Assembly (NCBI GenBank): GCA_035294305.1
Contig: DATGLD010000036.1
Location: 8,244 to 72,243, forward strand
Length of the DNA stretch: 64,000 nucleotides
DNA from: Ktedonobacteraceae bacterium
Lineage (GTDB): Bacteria; Chloroflexota; Ktedonobacteria; Ktedonobacterales; Ktedonobacteraceae
Direction: 5' to 3'
Below the pieces are notes generated by a model. The model saw nothing but the letters and a program-made list of their open reading frames with translations. It searched no databases and had not been told where the DNA came from. Shown piece by piece: positions 58,610 to 64,000 of the stretch. Made by a program: the position numbers and the translations under genes. Each line of letters opens with the position of its first letter. Positions within the stretch are counted from its first letter, which is position 1.

Positions 58610-60117
58610 TCGTAGACGACCTCTGGCAGGTGGAACACGCCGTGCCGTTCAAAGTGGCCGGGCATGACTGCGCTCTGGTCATGACCAGCCGACTGACTGA
58701 TGTAGCACGGGCGCTGGCTCCTACCGCCTCGGACCTGTATCGCCTGCCGGTTCTGGCCGATGAGTCGGCCCTTGAACTCCTGGGCATTTTGACTCCTGCG
58801 ACGGTCGCTGGCCACCCGGACGAAGCGCGCGCCCTGGTACGCGACCTGGAGGGCCTACCGCTCGCCATTCAAGTGGCAGGGCGCTTACTTCAGAATGAAG
58901 CCAGCCTCGGCTGGGGAGTGGGCGAGTTGCTGGCTGAACTGCGCGAGGGGGCAAGGCTGCTGACCGCGCAGGCTCCCAGTGATATGAGCGGAGCCGGGCA
59001 GGATACCACGCCCACGATTGCAGCCCTGCTCAAACGCAGCACCGACGCGCTCGAGCCTGAAACGCGCGAGCGGTTCGCCTACCTGGGGATGTTCGCCCCG
59101 AAACCGGCCGCCTTCTCTTTGCAGGTCATGGCCGTGGCCTGGGGCATAGACGATGCGCGGCCCACTGTGCGCATACTGGTCAATCGCGGTCTGTTGGAAC
59201 CGGTCAGCGGCGGGCGTTTCCAACTCCACGCCCTGCTCGCACTCCATGCCCGTTCGCTGCTAGAGGAATGACCATGCCACAGGGACTAGGATTGCTGACT
59301 GCCCAATATCGCGTCGCGAAGTATTACCTGAATTACTTGCGTTCAGCGCAGAAAGCTTACCTACAGGGGAGCGAGAGTGCCGCGTATGCCCTGTCCCTCT
59401 TCGACCAGGAACGAGAGCAGGTGAAGCAATTGCAAGCATGGCTCGCAACTCACGCCAGGCAGGATGACAGGGCAGCGGCATTGTGCAGCGATTTCGCAAA
59501 GATCAGTCCAGATCTCTTCAAGATCCGCCTGCTTCCCCAGGAGTACCTTTCCTGGCTGGAGGTAGCGTTAGAGGCGGCTCGGCGGCTCGGCGACCGGCGA
59601 GCGGAGGCGGCACATTTACTTGACCTCTATTTAGCCGGTGGGCCAATCAATGCGTTTCATTTCGTCATTGATTATGCCCGACAGGCCCTGTCCATCGCAC
59701 AGCAGATTGATGACCAACCACTGGTAGCCAGGGCCATATATCTGTATGGTAACGCATGCCATATGGGCGGAAAGGTAGAGCAAGCTCAGGCCTATTATGA
59801 GCAAAGCCTTGCATTGTATCGAACCATCGGCGATCAGAGAGGGATGGCAGAGGTATTAAATGATCTCGGCGGGCTTGCTATCTTTCGCCGGGATAACACC
59901 GCCGCGCAAAGCTATCTGGAGCAAAGCCTTGCTCTCTATAAAAAAAGTTGGGAAGCAGGAGGGGATTGCCACCTGCTTCCATAATCTGGGCTTCCTTGCA
60001 ATACGGATCGGGAATTTCCCTGTCGCCAGTGACTATCTGGAACAAGCTCTTGCCTTATGTCGAGTGATTGGAGACCTACCAGGCGTCTCCCGGTATTTTG
60101 AGCGAACTCTAATCTAA
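58601..60117 (+). pseudogene. NB-ARC (STAND) NTPase-TPR gene remnant: P-loop missing, at least 2 frameshifts
   Basis: Begins at Walker B LIVDDLWQ, then VMTSR and GLPLAI, followed by TPR repeats. Frame changes occur near 59268 and at an A7 run (59940-59946). Confidence 0.8.
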
Positions 60118-60160
60118 GCAGTGGCTGGCCTGTGTTGCGGCACGGGCCAGCCACTGTCCA

Positions 60161-61936
60161 TTACTTCACTATGAGGGTCACTGTCTTGCTGATCTTGCTG
60201 CCGCCCTGATCGGCAACAGTCAGGGTCACGCTATACGTTCCTGCCTTCGCATAGCGATGCAGCCCGGCCAGTACAAAACCCTGTCCAATGGGATTGTTGT
60301 ACACCGTAACTGTGGAGGTCGTGCCATCGCCCCAGGTAATAGTAGCCGTGTAGTCGGAAACCGTACCTGCCGGGTCGGCATCGGTGAAGGTGGCAGCCAC
60401 CTCCGCCCAACCGTGTCCCAGCGGGCCTGCCACAAAGTGGGTCAGCGATAGGGCCGCGTCGGCTACCTGCGCCGAACCACTGCCGGAAGCGCTGAGGCTG
60501 CCGCTATCCTTGACCGAGACCGAGAGTGTATAGGAGCCTTCCTCGGCATAGGTATGGCTGCCCGGCACGCTGTAGCTGCCGTCGGGATTGGGAGTCACGC
60601 TCACGGTTGAGCTGCTGCCATCGCCCCAGGTGATGATCGCGGTAAGGGGGTTAGAGGTGCCATAGGCGCTGCCGGTCGCCACTACGCCATTGAAGGCGCT
60701 GCCCTCGCTCGCGGCCACATTCGCCACATTCACCGCGAGGGTTGGATTGACCGTCACCGTGAAACTTCCACTCACTGGACTATTGGTATCGTCGCTATCT
60801 TTGACGGTGCAGGTCACGGTGGTCGTGCCAATAGAGAACGTGCTGCCGGAGGCAGGTGTGCAACTGGCGGTGGGAAGCGGGCTATCCTCGTCCACCACCG
60901 TCGGAGGGGTGTAGGTGACGACCGCGCCCTGCGGACTGGTAGCATTCGTGGTGATGTTGGCGGGCATGTTGCTCAATCCGAGGTCGCTATCTGGCTGGTA
61001 GCTGGATTCGTAGGCCCCCATGTCACAGGTGGTCTCGCCATTGTCCGGGCGGGTGTTACCGCGCTGGTCGGTCTTCGGACAGCTCGCTGCCGGAATCTGG
61101 TCGATGGCCGGGCTGCTGGAAAGCAAGGCGATGGTCTGGGTCGGGCCACCGTTATTTTGCAGGCCGTTGGGATCGAGCTGGGGATTGGTATTCTGCAGGT
61201 CCGTGCTGGCGGTAAAGCCACAACCACTGTCGCTCGACAGGTTGTAGCCCTGAGAGCTGAGTGAGAAACCACTACAGTTGAACGGCGTGTTGTTGGCCAC
61301 GATGCTTCCGCCGATACTCACCGTGTTGCCGTCGTTGTAGATGCCGGCACCCTGGCCAGGGGTGCCGCCGACGGTGCTGGTGGCCGAGTTGTTGGCGAAG
61401 GTGCTGTTCGTGATTGTCACCATGCCATTATAATTGTCGAGACCGCCACCGAATCCGATGCCGGAGCTAGGGGAGGCCGAGTTGTTGGCGAAGGTGCTGT
61501 TCGTGATTGTCACCGTGCCACCATTATTGGAGAGGCCACCGCCAAAGCCGTCAGTTGAACCGTGTGCAATGGTGAGAGCGTTGAGGATGATGCTAACACC
61601 GCTGTTCACAGACAGCACCTGTACCTCGTTCTGCCCATCGAGGGTGACGTTCTGGCCGCTGCCATCCACGGTCATGCTCCCAGAGATCCTGAGCGTGCTG
61701 GTGAGCTTGATATCCCCACTACAACTGAAGGTGATGCTGTCATTGGCGTTGTCGCTGTTGGCCTGACTGATGGCGGCGTCCAGGTGCGACTCATCACAGG
61801 TGCTGACCGTGATGTCAGTGGCGGCATGAGCCGGTCGGGCCGAGAGTCCCAGGGTGATACACAGGCCAGCCAGCATCAGCAAGCCCAGACTCAGGCGCGC
61901 ACCTAGGTGCATGAAAAGTGATTGTCTAGATTTCAT
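60161..61936 (-). CDS. secreted parallel beta-helix protein (choice-of-anchor Q-like) with HYR-like and Ig/PKD-like C-terminal domains
   Basis: Signal peptide. Repeated G..TITNSTFANNSA...GGGL units. HYR-like segment ANITTNATSPQGAVVTYTPPTVVDEDSP...TTTVTCTVKDS. Two ITWGDG(S/T)..TV Ig-like modules. Confidence 0.75.
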   Translation of the reverse strand: MKSRQSLFMHLGARLSLGLLMLAGLCITLGLSARPAHAATDITVSTCDESHLDAAISQANSDNANDSITFSCSGDIKLTSTLRISGSMTVDGSGQNVTLDGQNEVQVLSVNSGVSIILNALTIAHGSTDGFGGGLSNNGGTVTITNSTFANNSASPSSGIGFGGGLDNYNGMVTITNSTFANNSATSTVGGTPGQGAGIYNDGNTVSIGGSIVANNTPFNCSGFSLSSQGYNLSSDSGCGFTASTDLQNTNPQLDPNGLQNNGGPTQTIALLSSSPAIDQIPAASCPKTDQRGNTRPDNGETTCDMGAYESSYQPDSDLGLSNMPANITTNATSPQGAVVTYTPPTVVDEDSPLPTASCTPASGSTFSIGTTTVTCTVKDSDDTNSPVSGSFTVTVNPTLAVNVANVAASEGSAFNGVVATGSAYGTSNPLTAIITWGDGSSSTVSVTPNPDGSYSVPGSHTYAEEGSYTLSVSVKDSGSLSASGSGSAQVADAALSLTHFVAGPLGHGWAEVAATFTDADPAGTVSDYTATITWGDGTTSTVTVYNNPIGQGFVLAGLHRYAKAGTYSVTLTVADQGGSKISKTVTLIVK

Positions 61937-61966
61937 AGTTGAGATTGCCTTCCTTGCTTGAAATGA

Positions 61967-62107
61967 TTAAAAGACGCCTGCACGGTTGCGCTGCGCGCGC
62001 TTCATCCACTCGGAGCTGTGCATTTTTTCACGGCTGTCCTGACCCCACAATGCTGACGCTAGAGCGAAACCCATCAAAAGTACGAGGATAATAAACAATG
62101 TGATCAA
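61967..62107 (-). CDS. possible 46-aa small membrane protein (below the ORF-track cutoff)
   Basis: AAAGGAG lies 7 nt before TTG. Translation: MITLFIILVLLMGFALASALWGQDSREKMHSSEWMKRAQRNRAGVF. Sits 30 nt upstream of the beta-helix gene on the same strand. Confidence 0.3.
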   Translation of the reverse strand: MITLFIILVLLMGFALASALWGQDSREKMHSSEWMKRAQRNRAGVF

Positions 62108-62240
62108 GGTGATTCTCCTTTCGCTGCTCAATTTCCAGAGAGTAGCCTGCCTGATGCATGTACCTCATTGAAAGATTATTGACCTGTTTTTAATCAGTCA
62201 CGAGGCGACTTTCATTTGTTGGAGAGAGCATACAGAAGAG

Positions 62241-62260
62241 TCGTGACAGAATCGTGACAG
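62241..62260 (-). promoter_or_regulatory. 11-bp-phased direct repeat CTGTCAC-GATT-CTGTCAC (Pho-box-like, OmpR/PhoB-type site) next to a TATGCT -10
   Basis: The minus strand reads CTGTCACGATTCTGTCACGA, then 8 nt, then TATGCT (62227-62232). Located upstream of the small ORF and the beta-helix gene. Confidence 0.4.
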
Positions 62261-62299
62261 CAACATAACAGATGAACTTCATTTGTTATGCTTTCTCTT

Positions 62300-62500
62300 T
62301 TAGCCGGGGAAGTTCCTGGTGAGGTTGACCCGCTTTAGCTCCTGCATGAGCTTTTCTTGGGGAGCATGTCGATTTCGCTCTACCACCACTTTCATTGCAA
62401 GAAGATGACGCTTTATCGCCTCCTTGCTTGGAGCGATGATTGTTTTGAAACCAAGCGGCTTCCCTCGTGGGTTCTTTGCAGTGTGCGTTTTATCCACCGC
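62300..62500 (-). pseudogene. group II intron reverse transcriptase/maturase fragment (end of RT plus thumb/X domain only)
   Basis: AVDKTHTAKNPRGKPLGFKTIIAPSKEAIKRHLLAMKVVVERNRHAPQEKLMQELKRV resembles the ...EKT.I....GF.FLGF....PSKK.IKR.K.KI.E.T.RN......LI..LN... region of intron-encoded RTs. No RT motifs 1-6 and no intron RNA domains were seen. Confidence 0.5.
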
Positions 62501-63392
62501 AAATTGTTGGATAGTCCATCTGGTCTTTGAGTACAGCCTGTACCAGCCGGTGCAGATTGAGAATCCTGGCCTGTGGGTCACGGCTGATCAGAGAAAACTT
62601 ACGCAACTCCAGGATAGCCTCATCGAACTTGAAAGGATCAACGGCTACAGCTTCGAGAAGCGGGCCGAGTTCTGGCGCGCCTTGCACGATGATCTCTTCC
62701 GGGATAGCATCAGGGTGCAGAAAAGCACAGAGCCGCAAGAGATCGGCGGCAGCTGGATTAGCCTGCTCTACCTTTGCAAAGGCCAGTGACCAGGTCGTCG
62801 TCACCGGTTCCGGGTGAGTTGCAAATGCTCTCCCGCGCCGTTTCATGAGCTGCCTGCGGTGCGTCTGGTAGCGCTCCAGGTAGCCCGAGAGGCCACAGGC
62901 TGTCTCTTCGATATAGGCAGCGGCCTGGTCGAGGGCCAGGGGCAAGCCATCCATGAGCCGGGCAATCTGTTGTGCCTTCTCCCAGTAGGCATACGGCATC
63001 GAATCCAGGGGAGCCTCGCGCTCGATGATGCCAGCGCGGCGCAGTAGGAGAAGCGCCCCTTCCCCTGGACCCATCTGCTCCAGATCGATGCGCTCGGCCA
63101 CCATTCGCAGAGCCTGCGCACGAGTGGTGAGCAGAATGTGCCCGTTGCTTGCCTCGGGAAGGAAATCGCCGATCATCTGTACATCCTCAACGTTATCCAG
63201 GATCAGCAACCACCTCTGATGATCGTTGAACCAGCGTCTCACGGACTGCACTACACGACGCTGATCCTGTTCGTGCCGTTCAGGTAAGTGCAGGAGATCG
63301 GCGACCGCCATAAAATCCGCGATCAGCGTCTCATGGGTATCGGCCCGCACCCAGAACACCGCCTGGTACTGGTCACGATCTTGATAACACAT
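62490..63392 (-). pseudogene. second NB-ARC (STAND) NTPase fragment, missing the P-loop/N-terminal effector and the C-terminal repeats
   Basis: Starts at ...YQAVFWVRADT (just after where Walker A would be). Walker B LLILDNVED, then HILLTTR and DGLPLAL. Ends abruptly where the RT fragment begins. Confidence 0.75.
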
Positions 63393-63524
63393 GATATTCT
63401 ATCAAATTCTCCGCGCCATGTATATATAGAAGTGAAAATGAGAAGTGGATGAGTGATGAGGATCTCCACTCATCCAGAATCGGCACCATATAACAGAAAC
63501 AGAACAGGAAGGAAAGGAGATACT

Positions 63525-63947
63525 ATGCTCACCGTTCGTGAAGCGATCAATCGCGGCTACAATCTGCTGGGAGTTAGCATTATCGTCATCAGTGGCCTGT
63601 CGTTTTTCGTGGACCTGCCCGCAGAAATTGATCATCTTTCCCATATCGTCGATGAGGTCTTGCTGGCGGTTCTGGCGTTGGCGGCTTTTACCTGGTATAT
63701 GGTCGGGCGCAATAAATATTCTCTCACGATCATGCCCATAGCCTTTGCCGTCCTCGGGCTGGCAATAAAAATCCTGGGGTTGTTTCTGGAGTTCAGCGAT
63801 CCCGAAGACCGCGGCGATGAATTTGGTGCGCTTGTCCTCTTTGTAGTTCTCATCATTGTACTCGTCTGGCAATACTTCACCTCCCGTCGCCTGGCTTCTC
63901 AGGAGAAGCAGCAGGAACCGCAGGTAATAGAACTGGGGCAGAGGTAG
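63525..63947 (+). CDS. hypothetical 4-TM membrane protein
   Basis: AAGGAG lies 6 nt before ATG 63525. Four hydrophobic helices. The competing antisense ORF lacks these features. Confidence 0.5.
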   Translation: MLTVREAINRGYNLLGVSIIVISGLSFFVDLPAEIDHLSHIVDEVLLAVLALAAFTWYMVGRNKYSLTIMPIAFAVLGLAIKILGLFLEFSDPEDRGDEFGALVLFVVLIIVLVWQYFTSRRLASQEKQQEPQVIELGQR

Positions 63948-64000
63948 GGTATTGGATCCGCAACGACAACGATCCTGAAAGTTGTGATAGAGGAAGTATC

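Noticed and set aside
63402-63872. 156-aa minus-strand ORF overlapping the 63525-63947 membrane protein gene.
   Set aside because: No RBS and a mixed low-complexity translation. The plus-strand ORF has AAGGAG at the correct spacing and four clean TM helices.

Overview
This 64-kb window looks like ordinary bacterial chromosome. The gene content suggests a filamentous monoderm such as Chloroflexota/Ktedonobacteria: hemQ-type heme pathway, hopanoid genes, many NB-ARC/TPR STAND fragments, giant FtsX permease. That taxon call is inference only. Layout from left to right: (1) a translationally coupled heme operon, hemA(partial)-hemC-hemD-hemQ-hemL-hemB (1-6035). (2) Housekeeping and envelope genes (6-26.9 kb): a secreted 7-repeat propeller-like protein, a phosphoesterase, a TPR protein, a LuxR response regulator, NUDIX, HdeD, ATP-grasp, a BNR/sialidase-like protein, a 2083-aa internally duplicated FtsX-type permease with no ATPase partner, PAP2, two SRPBCC proteins, and an MFS/LysR pair. 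(3) A visibly damaged Hen1-Pnkp RNA-repair pair, divergent from an intact solitary Eco57I/PglX-like DNA methyltransferase (26.9-32.3 kb), followed by an AT-rich stretch. (4) An amidase / FliG_C-methyltransferase / Rieske operon, then a hopanoid cluster: polyprenyl synthase, SQS-like, hpnG-like, hpnA, hpnH and divergent shc (33-43.7 kb). (5) Assorted genes, including an RSH-type HD hydrolase / unknown protein / membrane protein cassette (48.1-50.4 kb) and pgmB-GH65 (51.5-54.5 kb). (6) A MITE-like element, tRNA-Glu(CUC) with a clear promoter and terminator, then about 9 kb of decayed material: an IS3 transposase fragment, a frameshifted and truncated SNF2 helicase fused to a 5'-truncated NB-ARC-TPR gene, a group II intron RT fragment and a second NB-ARC fragment. 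An intact secreted beta-helix/HYR protein sits among these. I saw no CRISPR array, rRNA, integrase or intact prophage. The candidates most worth follow-up are the HD/unknown/membrane cassette, the fused four-FtsX-domain permease whose linker carries an intergenic-type palindrome, the eroded Hen1-Pnkp module next to the orphan methyltransferase, and the MITE-like element upstream of the tRNA. All homology statements come from reading motifs in the translations. No database search was run.
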